Shown here: positions 25,785 to 38,700 of the stretch, piece after piece
Position numbering within the stretch: position 1 is the first letter of the stretch
Layout of the letters: each line of letters starts with the position of its first letter
Assembly (NCBI RefSeq): GCF_001194135.2
Contig: NC_068989.1
Location: forward strand, 69,896,250-69,960,249
DNA: 64,000 nt
Source of the DNA: Octopus bimaculoides
Lineage: Eukaryota
Reading direction: 5' to 3'
Made by a program: the position numbers and the translations under genes
Notes under the pieces: model-generated
Database searches by the model: none
What the model saw: the letters and a program-made list of their open reading frames with translations, nothing else
Told to the model about the DNA's origin: nothing

Positions 25785-27760
25785 GTGAGTAACTGTAATC
25801 ATTTATCTATTTTGTTTTCTTTATTCTCTGTGTATGTGCTTTTGTGTGTATCATATATTACTTTCAGAGCAAGCTACAGAGTAAATTACTTGCTTAACAA
25901 GTCAATTAATCTGGAATCAAGTATTGAAACAAAGAAATACATCATGGAGGAGTCACAATGTTAACTCTGCTGTTATATTCACATTAGTCATTATTTTTAT
26001 GTACATTTTTTTGTGCTAGCATGGGTTAGATGAAATATATTATTGTGGCATTGCTTGGATGTAGAAGTGAATGATATGAATGGTGAATAAGGGTGAAGGT
26101 GTGGTCAGTGGTAAATGCTTGGTAGGTGGGGGTTGGAGGTGAAAGAAACAGGAAAGACAAGGTGATAAGTGACAGTGTAGAAAGGGTGGAGAGCAGCAAT
26201 ATTATTTAGGCATTGTTTACAGATAGACTTGAATGTAGTGAGTGGTGTACAAGGGTGGCGGCATGATCAATGGTAAAAATGAGGGAGATTTTTGTTTTTG
26301 GTGGTGGTGGTGGTGGTGGTGGTGGTGGTTGTGGTGTAAGTGTGCAAGTAATAGGAGTGGTTCAGGAATGAGGGAATGACAACTGGCTGTGCAATATAGA
26401 TGGTAGAGAGCATATGTATTGTGTATGTATACGCGCGCGCACACACACACATATATAATAAAAACAGCGAAGGGGTTATCTGGTGCGGTACTGCTACAAT
26501 TGTTTTTGTTATGGCTTTTGTTGTAATGTATACTGATGATCTGTTGATCAATGAATATTGCTTATTTGGTAAGCCTGATGAGTTGAGAGTTGCATAACAT
26601 ATTGCATAACTTTAGAGATGTTGTGCATACTACACATCTGTCTTTACCATGTTTTTGTCACAATAAAAATTCTTGATGAATCAATTGTAGCAGTACCAGA
26701 TATCTTGTTTGTCTATCTTAATTATGTTTTGTGACACACTTAAAGTTCCATTCATCTTAGGATACTTTTGGATACTGTTACAGTTGTGAACTCTGAAACT
26801 AGTGAACCTCCCTTCATTAGTGCATTATATTCTATGATGCTGAATTACTTAACTGTCTGATTTACCTCATTCTTTCTAGCCAGTAAATGTGGCATGCTTC
26901 ATTTCGATATACTTCAATCCTTTGTTGATCCTATTTAATCAAATATATGCACAAAGGTATGTTTATAATGTTTATAGACAACACATGTATATAGTATATA
27001 TACATATGTATTTATCTATGCAATATATATGCACACATGCAGGCACACACACACACACAGTACATAAGATTCAGCTGATAAATGCAACCCACTGATCATA
27101 TGATGCACTCCAGTATCCATTAATCTGTGTATTTGGCCAAGATGGATATCACTTTGGTATTAAAAAAAAAAAACGGATACTTAATTTCTTTCAACATATG
27201 TGATAGAATTTATCTCACTTCATAAAAGTGTTTTTTTTTTTTTTTTTTGTATTGTATTATGAATTCAGAATTGATTTCCCAATTGAAGAATAAATTGTAC
27301 CCCAATTGAAGAATAAATTGAATTTAGAATAACAAATTTCTATACAAGATATTTTGCTTTTTTCTTCCAATATATAATGAACAATTTCTTCCATGGCAAC
27401 GCCGGGTGCCTCTGCTAGTATGTATATATAATAACCATTTTAATGTTCATTTTTCTGTGCTTTCATGTGTAAGATGGAATTTGTTGTGGTAGATTTTCTG
27501 CTGCTGTTGGATGCTCCTCCTGTTGCCAATCCTCACCTGTTTCCAAGACTGGAAAAAAACAGTATAACTTGTATGACTGATGCTCATTTACAGTTATCAC
27601 ATGATGATACTAGGATACAAACACATACACATACAACAGGCTTCTTTCAGTGTCTGTCTTGCAAATCCCCTAACAAGCCTTTGGTCAACCCAAGGTTATA
27701 ATAGAAGACACTTACCTAAGGAATATAATGTATATATAAATACAATGTGTGTGTGTATAA

Positions 27761-27807
<47 letters not shown>

Positions 27808-29889
27808 ATATAATTTTATAAATATGATTATAAAATTATAATAAAGCCAACTATCAAGTAATGCCACATGCTAGAAGAAGATGCCAAATGGCTCTAAACT
27901 ACTTCATTTATCACATAGACACATGCTGAAAGCAAGGGAATGAACAAAAAAGATTTTTTGAAAAAGTTTAGCCATAGATCGATTTCTGGTTTAGCGATGT
28001 AATACATCTTTACCGTCCTCAGTGTGACATAACCAAATGTACATAATTATAAATATCTGTACATATGAACACAACATATCCACAATGCTTATACAAATGT
28101 TCATACTTATATTACAAGTTAAAAATCTAGTTTGTTCATCTCAGCCATGTGTGAAGAACCAAAATAATTCAGCAGTGAATAAATTTGATTTAAGTGAATA
28201 CATATTTATCAACACACACACACACACACACACACAATATAAAGATATGAGCTACTAATAGTTTCTTGTTTTGAAGACATGAGTCTAGGCAGGTTTTTAT
28301 AACATGCTTTGTGTCTCCAAACAATTTTTATAACACATTAAATGATATTTATCTCTCACTTGATGGAGTACATATTTTGTCGATCTTACCTTAACAGAAC
28401 AATAAGCTATACACATATACACACATAATATGACTCCATGAAGACGATCTACTCAATAGTCATGGATGTTATGGACCACACTGTAACCATCCCAGGAATA
28501 CGAACTGTGATTTGTGAAAATGCATGTAGCAATGTATTAAAATATTTATAAATTCCATCCAAGGATTATTGTTATTATTACTATATTTATCCTACATTAT
28601 ATTGGTACAGCTCAGTGCAACCCCAAAAATCTGGTTTACCTGTCAGCATCATTACACTGTGATGGGCATAATGGAATAGGAGCATTATTTGCATATTCAA
28701 AACATTTCCCACAAACAAATTTAAAAGACACACACACACACACAAGAATTTGTAAACTTCAAGAGAAAATTTCTTTTTTGGAACAGTGAATCTCAAAGCA
28801 GATGATAAAGCTATAAATAATAGCATGTAAATATTGGGTTAAAAAACCTCTTTGGATACAAAAGTTGAAGCCCTACAGGCGACCTTCGATGTATTCTATC
28901 AGAAGGTTCTTTTTTAACCTATTAATTATACACTATTGAAGATTCAATTTTCCAAAAAATAATCTATGTCCGTCTGTCCACTTTAGAATAAATTTCATTT
29001 ATTTTTGAAGCTAATTCATTTCATTGATTTATAAGTAGTTCGAGAAATAATCTTATTTATTAATGATTGCAATCTCAGCAATATATCTATGCTCAGTCAT
29101 ATTTGTGTGTATGTTCGTTTGTTCTTTTCTCTGTTTGTCATGTCTGCTTGCCATTGCTTGTAACCTGCTTTATTCAGCCACATTGATCTCTACGTAACTG
29201 TATATCTAGTATATGTGTGTGTACAAAATGTACTTTTATTTGACTAGAATATTTGTACCATCTGATATAGGAATACGATAGCATACACACATACACACAA
29301 TATATAATGTATGTGTGTATGTATGTTGCTGGAAGTTGTAATAAATGAGTCATACAGATACTGTTAACCACTTATCAGGAAGATTCGCACCACAAGTGTT
29401 GTTAATCTATTATCATTGCTACATATATTCACTAGTTACACTATCCACTTAATAATGTTCTTTGGAGTAGAATTTGTACATGTGGAGAAAAGGAGGTATA
29501 TGTGTACACCTACACACAGACACATTATTCTTTCATATATATTTATAAATGTAAGATCCAAGGATCGAGGTGTAGGAAGAAAGTGAGCCTCAAGCAATCC
29601 ATAGAAAATATTACAAAAACAACTTTCAGGAACAATAATAATGATTAGGGTAGAAGGTTGTGAATTTTGCCCATATCGAAGTACGATAAGGTGAAAAAAT
29701 GTATTTCACAGTTGGCAGCCAGGGTTGCCAGGTATGTGAATAAAAACCCAAAAGTTAAAGAATGGGGTAGATAAAGTCTGAGCTACATATGTTTCATAGC
29801 AAGTGGTACCTCCAAGTGAGGTGTATGCCGCAGGCTACTCTTCAGGCCAAGGGTGTGTGTATGTATATATATATATATACATGTGTATG

Positions 29890-30038
29890 AGTGTAGGCGC
29901 AGGGTGTGTGGAGAGAAGTTTGCTTCCTAGCCACATGATTCTTGGTTCAGTCCCATTGTGTGGCATCTGGGCAAGTGTCTTCTACTATAACCTCTGAGTC
30001 GATTTAATTGATGGATGGAAACTGAAAGAAGCCTGTTG

Positions 30039-30076
<38 letters not shown>

Positions 30077-30325
30077 TTAAATAAATAAATAAATATTTAT
30101 TTATTTATGTGCATGTGTTTGTCCTCCACCACTGCTTGACAACCAGTGTTGGTTTGTTTACATCCCTGTAACTTAGCAGTTCAGCAAAAGGGACCAATGC
30201 AATAATGTACCAGGCTTTAACAAAAAAAAAAAAGGTTACTAAGGTCAATTCATTTGGCTAAAAATTCTTCGTGGCAGTGCCCCAACATGGCCACAGTCTA
30301 ATATGACTGAAACAAGCAAAAGATA
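29890..30325 (+). mobile_element. SINE family B full-length copy
   Basis: Same structure as 6575-7045. Others at about 5142(-), 17735(+), 22780(+), 23935(-), 24640(+), 27640(-), 31500(+), 32200(+), 32580(-), 38810(+) and 40860(-). Confidence 0.8.
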
Positions 30326-30329
30326 TATA

Positions 30330-30535
30330 CAGTTCTATATTTAAGAGATGAGGAATTATGTACATTATTTACATTTGATGGATATTTGTCCTCATCTTGT
30401 TTGTTGTTACCCTTCAGCCAGGTTCGAAATTTCACCAAGACACCTGATGAAGGCTGGAGAGTATATCAGCCGAAACGTTGTGTTAACAACAAACAAAATG
30501 ACGACAAATATCCGTCAAATGTAAATAACGCAAAA
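30330..30535. mobile_element. Penelope-like element terminal repeat in an inverted (tail-to-tail) arrangement
   Basis: 45-nt arms 30365-30409 and 30484-30528 are reverse complements (about 42/45) and flank the hammerhead motif. Inverted pLTRs with hammerheads are characteristic of PLEs. Confidence 0.65.
30439..30484 (+). ncRNA. Minimal type I hammerhead ribozyme motif (Penelope-like element associated)
   Basis: GACAC-CUGAUGA-A-GGCUG(gagaguauau)CAGCC-GAAAC-GUU/GUGUU: both conserved core boxes, a 5-bp stem II, a 5-bp stem I, and a palindromic AACGUU stem III. Confidence 0.8.
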
Positions 30536-30780
30536 GATATATATATATCATTATATTTTCATCTGTATGCATGTATATATGATATCTGTAGATGTGTATT
30601 CATTATTTTCTATGAATCTTCCTTGAGATGTAATTGTTGATTGCTTTTTTTCTTTACAGTGTGTCAGGACAGATATGTCTTTTCTCTATGCAGGACACTA
30701 GTTTGCATGATGCTCATGCCTTTCCCAAAGGTATTAGCAGTGTGACATGAGATAATTGTAACTTATATATGGAGTTAAGT

Positions 30781-31050
30781 GAAGGCGCATGGCCTAGTGA
30801 TTAGGCTGTTGGACTCATGATCACTAGATCATGGTTTCAATTCCCAGACTGGGCAGTGCATTGTGTTCTTAAGTAAAATACTTCGTTTCATGTTGCTTCA
30901 GTCCTCCTTTCAATCAGTGGGGAATGTCGGCTTGTTTGCCTCGACAGTGGGGTGGCATCATTTGAAGGTTAAAACAATGCTAAAGCGCATTGTGACAAGC
31001 AATGTGTAACAGCATCTGACAGTTTAGTTGGTCACTTGATTTGGAGTTAA
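30781..31050 (+). mobile_element. Third tRNA-headed SINE family
   Basis: GGCGCATGGCCTAGTGATTAGG (A-box-like) ... GGTTTCAATTCCC (B-box-like); no intact cloverleaf or acceptor stem. Confidence 0.55.
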
Positions 31051-31098
31051 GAACTTATTTCTACTTATAATTCTCGATGTGTGTGTGCATACATGTGT

Positions 31099-31136
<38 letters not shown>

Positions 31137-33483
31137 ATAGATGTGTGTTTGTGTGTGTATAATATATATCAATGAATGACAAAAGAATAGGAGTCATGTA
31201 ATCTTATTCATTAGCTTACAGCTGTTTCTGCTATACAAAGCTACTTAAATGATTCTGAGGAAGCTATAAGATGTTGTGCAAGCACTCAACTCTTACTTAT
31301 AGCAGAAATGATTGTAAGCTAACAAAAATGATTATGTAACTCCCTTTTGTGTGTTGTTGTCATTCATTTATTGCTATTAGGCTTTTTACTTATCTGACAC
31401 TTTGCTTTGAAGCATGGGTATATTGAGTTTAACAAGTGATTATTAGTATTGTTACACCTAAACCTAATCATATATATATAGGCACAGGTGTGGCTATATA
31501 GGTGTAGGTGTGGCTGTGTGGTAAAAAGTTTGCTTCCCAACCACATGATTCTGGATTCAGTCCCACTGAGTGGCACCTTAGGCAAGTGTCTTCTTGGGCT
31601 GACCAAAACCTTGTGAGTTGATTTGGTTGACTGAACCTGAAAGAAGCCCATTGTTTGTCCTCCACCACCACTTGACAGCCTGTGCTGGTGTGTTACAGCC
31701 CCGTAACTTAGCGGTTTGTTATAAGAGACTGACAGAATAACTGCCAGGTTTTAAAAAAAGTACTGTGGTTGCATAACCAGCCCATTTAAAAGTACCCTTC
31801 AATCGTTGGGCAATATGTTGTGCTTGAGACGACCTGTTGAGTCAAGTCAAATAGTAGTTGTGGCTGATGCCAATGCTGCTGGTGGCACGTAAAAAGCATC
31901 ATTCAAGCATGGTCAATGCTGGTGGCATGTAAAAAGCACCCACTACACTCTCAGTGGTTGGCATTAGGAAGTGCATCCAGCTGTAGAAATCTTGCCAGAT
32001 CAGATTGGAGCCTGGTGCAGCCTCCTGGCTTTCCATTCCTCAGCCAAACCGTCCACCCCATGCCAGCATGGAAAGCGGATGTTAAGTGATGATGATACAT
32101 ATATGGTGCCCCAGCATAGCCACAGCCTCAAGGTTGAAACATATAAAAGGTAATATTGCTTAGGTACAGTGATACTAATAAACTGGTGTTAGAACTAAAT
32201 ATACATTGGGGCATGGTTGCTTGGTTGATAAACTTGCTTCGGAAACACATAGCATTTTAGTCAAGTGTCTCCTAATATAACCCTGGACCAACTATAGCCT
32301 TGAGTGGATTCGTAGACTAAAACTGAAAGAAGCTTTTATGTGTATTTGTGTTGGTGTGTACCCTTGTCTCAGCAGCATGTGATGCCTTTAAATGAGCATC
32401 ACCAGCATACAAGCTATGATATTCATTTTCAGTTTTCTATGGCTAACATGTCTGGTCATGGGAAAATATTACCTTGCTTGGAAACAGGTGAGGGTTGGCA
32501 ACAGGAAGGGCATCCAGCCATAAAAATGTTGCCTCAACAATTTCTGTCTGACTCATACAAGCGTGGAAAAGTAGACGTTAAATCTTTTACTTGTTTCAGT
32601 CATTAGACTGTGGCCATACTGGGGCACCGCTTTGAAGAATTTATAATCAAATGTATCAACCCTGGTACTTTTTTGTTATTTAAGCCTGGTACTTACTTTA
32701 TCGAACTCTTTTACCGAACCGCTAAGTTACAGGGACATAAACACACCAACACCAGTTGTCAAGCAGTGGAGTGGTGGGGGGACAGGCACACATATATAGA
32801 TATATATATAGATATATACATTTATACATACGACAGGCTTCTTTCAGTTTCTGTCTACCAAATCCAGTCACAAGGCTTTTGGTCAGCCCAAGACTACCCA
32901 AAGTGCCATGCAATGGGACTGAACCCAGAATCACATGGTTGGGAAGCAAGCTTCTTGTCACACAGCCACACCTGATGATGATTGTTTCATAATCATTGAT
33001 TACTGATCTCTTATTCAAGACAATAATCAATCAATTAGACATTTACCATGTTTCCCTGTGATTCAGAGGTTCACTATGTTTGGTCTTGTACTGCAACTGT
33101 TTTCTGTTGTAGTCTTGGGTCAACCAAAGCCTTGTGAGTGGAATTTGGTAAATGGAGAAACTGTGTGGAAGCCCTTCCGAAGGACTAGCCCTGTTATTCA
33201 TCTATTTCCTTGTTTAACATCATGTGGCTTTTTGAGTGAATTTAACAGAATGCATTCTGTTGCAAGTATTTGGTTCAAGTGTCTTGTCTGTCAGTCTCAG
33301 AGGTTCTAATAAAGGTCATAGGCATGGCTATTTGATTGTTTTTTTAAAAAGAAGAAGAAATTATACACAATTTGATACTGATAGTGGTTGCATTTATTTA
33401 CTAGTGTTACCCATCATTTGATGGGCAACTTTGGAAGTATGCTGTTACTACTGTGGTTAATATCAAGAAATATGGCGTACATA

Positions 33484-33698
33484 CAAGGGTGCACTGAAAA
33501 GTTCTTGGCTTTAAGGATATTCTGAAAGGCCTGGTTAGAGATCCAACCCTCCAAGTCCTTTTATAGAGTTTTGAAAAACTGAAGGACCACTGCAAAAAGT
33601 GTCTGGATCTGAGAGAGGAATATGTTGAATAAAATCATAATTAACTGATCCTCCTGTATTTTCTTTTACCCAAAGCCAGGAACTTTTAATCACCCCCG
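33484..33698 (+). mobile_element. Mariner-derived MITE (about 215 bp)
   Basis: TIRs CAAGGGTGCACTGAAAAGTTCTTGGCTTT / AAAGCCAGGAACTTTTAATCACCCCCG; retains the C-terminal EKLKDHCKKCLDLREEYVE*. Confidence 0.75.
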
Positions 33699-35238
33699 TC
33701 ATACAATAGTTACAATTTAGCTTTTAGCAAATTTCTTGGTACTTATACAAAATGATGAAATGAATAGTAATTTTCAAAAGAAAATATTTATTACCTCAAA
33801 ATTGAATAAATTTTTCATTTGTATATTTGCAACAAACGTGTTGTTATTTTTCAGTATAATTGCAATCTATTCCATTGAAAAAAAACCTATCTCTTGCAAA
33901 ATTTCATTTACAAAAAATGTGCATTTTTCAGAAAATTATGAGACATTCATTTTGTACCTCTTATGTTAAGTCTCTCTGTAACTCTCTTTTACTGTCTCCT
34001 GTTGTCTCTCTTTAGAATGTAAAATGTGACTGAAGAAATCAACCATCAAACCAATCAACCAACATATTTATGTTGGTTCTTATTGAATAGACAATTATTT
34101 TTATAACCCTAGCCAGTTGTATTTGAACAAGATTACAACATAGAGACAGCCAATAAAATAAAGCACTTATTTCATTGCCTTTCTTGAGTGTCACCATCTT
34201 GTCTTTATTAAAATGTTGTTTTAAATATTTAACTCAACTATGTCAAATTTTAAAGGTGATCAGGATTGCAATTACATAGAAGCTCCTTCATTGACTCCAG
34301 AACCGTGTGATTCTAATCAGACTAGGCAATTAGAGTTAGTGGGTAGTGATTAAAATAATAGTACTGCTGCAAGACAATTGTGCAAACCAAATCAATATGA
34401 ATGTGCATGCCATTAAAGTATGGGTGATAATGCACATAATTTTTTTTGGTTTTCTTATTATAGAATTAGTTTAATTATTTTTTTTTTTTTTTTTTTTTTT
34501 TTTTTGAATGCACACATGCATACATAAACATAAAAGATTTATATTTTTAGTATTTCCACATGGCTGTTATTAATTCACTTAAGAGTTGTTTGAAGTTTTA
34601 GTTATTTCATTATGAAACGATGAATACTTTTAAAACAACAACAACAATTATTATTATCATTGTTGTTCGTGTTTTTAATTATATTATTTCTCTTTTATTT
34701 TTGTCATGTGATGTCAGATTTTTAGAATCCTTGACAAAAAGAAAAAAATATACAAAGTAGGAAAAATATTGTTCTAAACTTTATTACCCAATTAGTTTGT
34801 GCTGGTCTAATAATTATGGCAAGTATCATCATTGGGAACATAATTTGGTAAAATGGAAAACCTAAAACTGCTATATGGAGATGACACACTGAACTAAACT
34901 TCATTGTTATTGCTGATGTTGTTTATTGCTGTTTGTGTGATTTGTCAATGTTGCCTGCATCTACAGATTATCTTTGACTGAAATAGTTATGTTACAAAAT
35001 ACAAAGACTGATCTTTTTTTTTTATTGTTTTTATATTATGTTCTTGTCTCCTTTTAAAGACATTTGGTGAATTACCTATGTCATTAAGCTACTCTTCTAT
35101 TAAGTGTTGGTGTTTCTGAAGTCATTTCTGAAATCTATTAATGTCAACCATTACTATATTACCTGAGCTCTACTGTTAGTAGCAGCAGTAGCCACGATAG
35201 TATTGATAGAAAATTGGATGTATCATCACCTGTTGCAG

Positions 35239-35370
35239 CTTGAATACTTAATTTCTACTGCAAAATGCAAACGGGGCAGCCCACTTGTTCCATTTAAAGG
35301 GAGTATGGATAGCTTTTCTAAGGAAGCATCACATAGTGATATGGGTTCATCTGAATTAGCTGTTTTAATG
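35239..35370 (+). CDS. Candidate alternative (cassette) exon of the TRPM gene, 44 aa
   Basis: cctgttgcag|CTT...ATG|gtaagt. 132 nt, stop-free, phase 0/0, matching the flanking introns. No recognised homology. Confidence 0.55.
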
Positions 35371-35410
35371 GTAAGTGGTCATGACAACATCATTCTCTCT
35401 TTCTCTCTCT

Positions 35411-35459
<49 letters not shown>

Positions 35460-35674
35460 ACACACACTCTCCCTCAATTCTTTTCCCTTTCTATTTCTCA
35501 TTCTGTGGATTCCTTCTCTTTCGTATCAGTTTTTCTGTTTTGCTTTTTTTACTGTGAAGTTAAAATGAAGACTGCTTTTACTACCATATAAATACTCATA
35601 ATTCTCTCCTATATATTGATTTTTTTGTGTCATCCTTTTGCCTTTCTGTGTGTTTCCTATACTTTTGTCTTTCT

Positions 35675-35707
<33 letters not shown>

Positions 35708-38319
35708 ATCTGTTTTACTTCTTCTTTATCTGTTCTCTTAATGACTTTGGTCTGGTGCTGTTCAATATTTATGGTGTCTGTCATGATGGTTGTTGGTGGT
35801 TTTGGAATTTCCTATCATTAGTTTTGCATGTGTTCATATTAACAAAGAAAATTAATTGCTTAAAAAAATGAGGGGGAAAAAAAATCTGTTTTTCTGTTAT
35901 TGGAATTGTTGATGTATAATGATCCACTGTATTTATGAATTGATATTACAAAAGAAGAGGGTGGCAAAGCTGGCAAAATCGTTTCTGTGCCAGAAAAAAA
36001 TGCTCTGTGGCATTTCTTCCAACTTTACATTCTGAATTCAAATGTCACTGGGGTTGATTTTGCCTGTCTTCCCTTCTGGGTTGATGAAATAAGTACCAGT
36101 TGAAAACTGGGGTCAATGTAATCGGCTTACCCACTCCCTTGACTTGCTGGTCTAGTACTAAGACTTGAAACCAATATTTCAAAAGAAGTGTGACCGGAAC
36201 ATAATCCTTTGCTCACTAACTTTATTTCCCTCAGAATCTGATTTTTGATTAATTTTTACTTTGCAACAAGGTATTTAGATTTATGTTTGTTACAAATTAA
36301 CCAAAACATATTAACATTGACATGTCAGAAGTCAGAAATGTTAAATCAAATATATATTGAACTTGCTCTATTGATCCTTGGTTGTTCACTCTCTGATTGT
36401 TATCAACCGAGATAGCATTATGTTAATGTAATCATTATAATCATTATTATATCATCTATATCATTTCTTACTCTGTAACAGAACATTTGCACTCTTCATG
36501 CTTGCATATTTAATATCATTTTTATCATCAGCTCAGTATCATAATTGATTTCAAAATCAATTTTATGCCAGGCACAAATGTTTTATTGATACTGACATCA
36601 GTAAACGCTAAATTATCATAACTGTCACCATTATTATAATTATATAATCATGATTCTTCGAGATTCTTGTATTGTATTGCTGCTATAGTTTGATTTATAC
36701 TTGATTAGGTATTTGAAGTTGTGGACAAATATCTTAAAAGGCCTTTTGTTGCTTCTTTTGTCGGTTCTTCCAATTATACCCTTTGTACTAGATTTGCTTC
36801 CTTTTATACTTTCATGAATTCCATGCATGTATTTACAAAATTTTTAATCAAATCTGTCTTCCTACACAGAACTTATTCTCAAAACAAAACACCCACTCAC
36901 AAACTTTCAATACCGAAACCAATTGTAGTATTTAATGAGAAATTTTGTGTTTGTTCTTGATAATAGGATCAAGAAGAGAAAAAAAAAAACTATTCCAATC
37001 TAGTATAACTGAGAATAGAATATTTGAATATGTTTGTCATAATGCTTGAACTGCGATACAAGCATATCACTATTTGTTAATTAGCTCTAATTTTTAATTC
37101 ACTTAACATGGAACCATACATACATATACACACACTCTCTCACATCTATGTATAAATATATGTACTTGTACATTCTTGTCTGTGTGTGCACAACTGTACC
37201 TATCCTCCCAAGACATTCCCACTACCCATCGTCTTTCTCACTACAGTAATCCCTCGACTATCATGGGTATTACGTACCAAAACCTCCCACAGAAATAATT
37301 AAAATCTAAAAAGCATATAAATATCTATTAGCTGCAAAAACCTGCAATATACTGAAGAGCCCATGATATAAATTAACATATATTAGCCAGAAAAATTCAT
37401 GATGTATTGAGTACATGATAGGTGAACCACAATAGGGCGAGGGATTTCTGTACATTACTTTGCTGCAGTAATAAAATATGATCAGAATTGCATGCTTCAC
37501 TTTTTGCCTGATACCACTTACCCCTTACCTTTCTTAGTACTCCAAACCTTCTCAACCCCACCCAATTTTTACAGTTATTACCTACTCTTCCCTATCACCA
37601 CACTTTCACCCTTTTACCTATTCCTTCCCACCAACCGTTTCTCACTCTCCTGTACTCTTTAATCTCTACCCTACCCACACTTCATGATTCCCTTGCTCCC
37701 ACTCACTTCTATTCACCTGTATTTATTTATCTCTCCAGTTCCACCCCAACCGTTTCCAACTTCTTTTTTTTTTATAATGAGTTATCATGTAGCTACAGCA
37801 AGAAACCTGTTCTGTTATGGGCCCCTTCATCTCATAGCATAATGCTTTCCTCTCTATTACAGCCACACCCATTTGAAAGGATGCTGGTATTGCAGGCTAC
37901 ATGGCAACCTCACTAGTGCTGGTGCCATTAAAAAAAAAGCACCCAGTACATGCTGTAAAGTGTGTACTGGGGAAGACATCCTGTTGTAGAAACTAAACCA
38001 AAATAGACATTGCACATTATGTAGTCTTCAGATACATCAGATCCTGTCAAACCCTCCAACCCATTGACAGTAAATGATGATAATAATGTGTACTTACACA
38101 CACACACACACACACACAAGCATATGTATATACAGACACACGCATGTATTCCTATGTATATGTCATCTGTGTATTTGTTTTTTTCTTAATGTAATAATTG
38201 TGTTGAAGTGAATACAGTTGTATTTTAGGAATGTCATACTACCAATAAAACACATATGCTGGTTGTAATTCACTTTATTTTTTATTACCAATTAATTAAG
38301 AAGGCAACACAGGAGAGCA

Positions 38320-38410
38320 ACGTTTTAACAGATGTATTAGTTTAATACTTAAAAATGAAGGTAAAGTGTTTTGATGTTTCAGACATATTGTCCTTCATCA
38401 GAAGAAATAA
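38320..38410 (-). mobile_element. Penelope-type terminal fragment with a decayed hammerhead
   Basis: The minus strand reads CUU-CUGAUGA-A-GGAC(aauau)GUCU-GAAAC-AUC. It shares the flank aacagatgtattagtttaa with the 44.7 kb copy. Confidence 0.55.
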
Positions 38411-38654
38411 AAGAATGAGAAAAGGTGGTAGGGAAAGAAAAGAAAATTGTTAGGGGCCAAGTGAAAATGCAGTTCCTTGGGGGAGAAAAGGTGTGATGCT
38501 GTATGTGTGTGTAGGAAGATATACAAGTATAGGGACGGACATTGGGGGAAGTATGGGTTGCATGTGCTTTGGGATGGGTGGTGGCTGTGTGTGTGTGTGT
38601 GTGAATATATCAGTATGTATGTAAATATATATATGGATATATCATGTATGTATG

Positions 38655-38700
<46 letters not shown>

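Noticed and set aside
25785-25964. Read-through ORFs extending past exon donors (also after exons B, C, E and H)
   Set aside because: Low-complexity intronic continuations following consensus donors; no homology and no evidence of retention.
26299-26336. (GGT)n tract as a possible G-quadruplex
   Set aside because: An ordinary trinucleotide microsatellite with only two-tier potential; nothing indicates function.
26468-26569. Strong donor TTG|gtaagc with an open frame (ORF 26400-26597)
   Set aside because: No pyrimidine tract at the acceptor, and the phases (2 in, 1 out) do not fit the phase-0 intron.
35060-35238. Protein-looking Ser-rich frames upstream of the candidate cassette exon
   Set aside because: Three different frames separated by stops; they cannot be joined into one exon without multiple indels.
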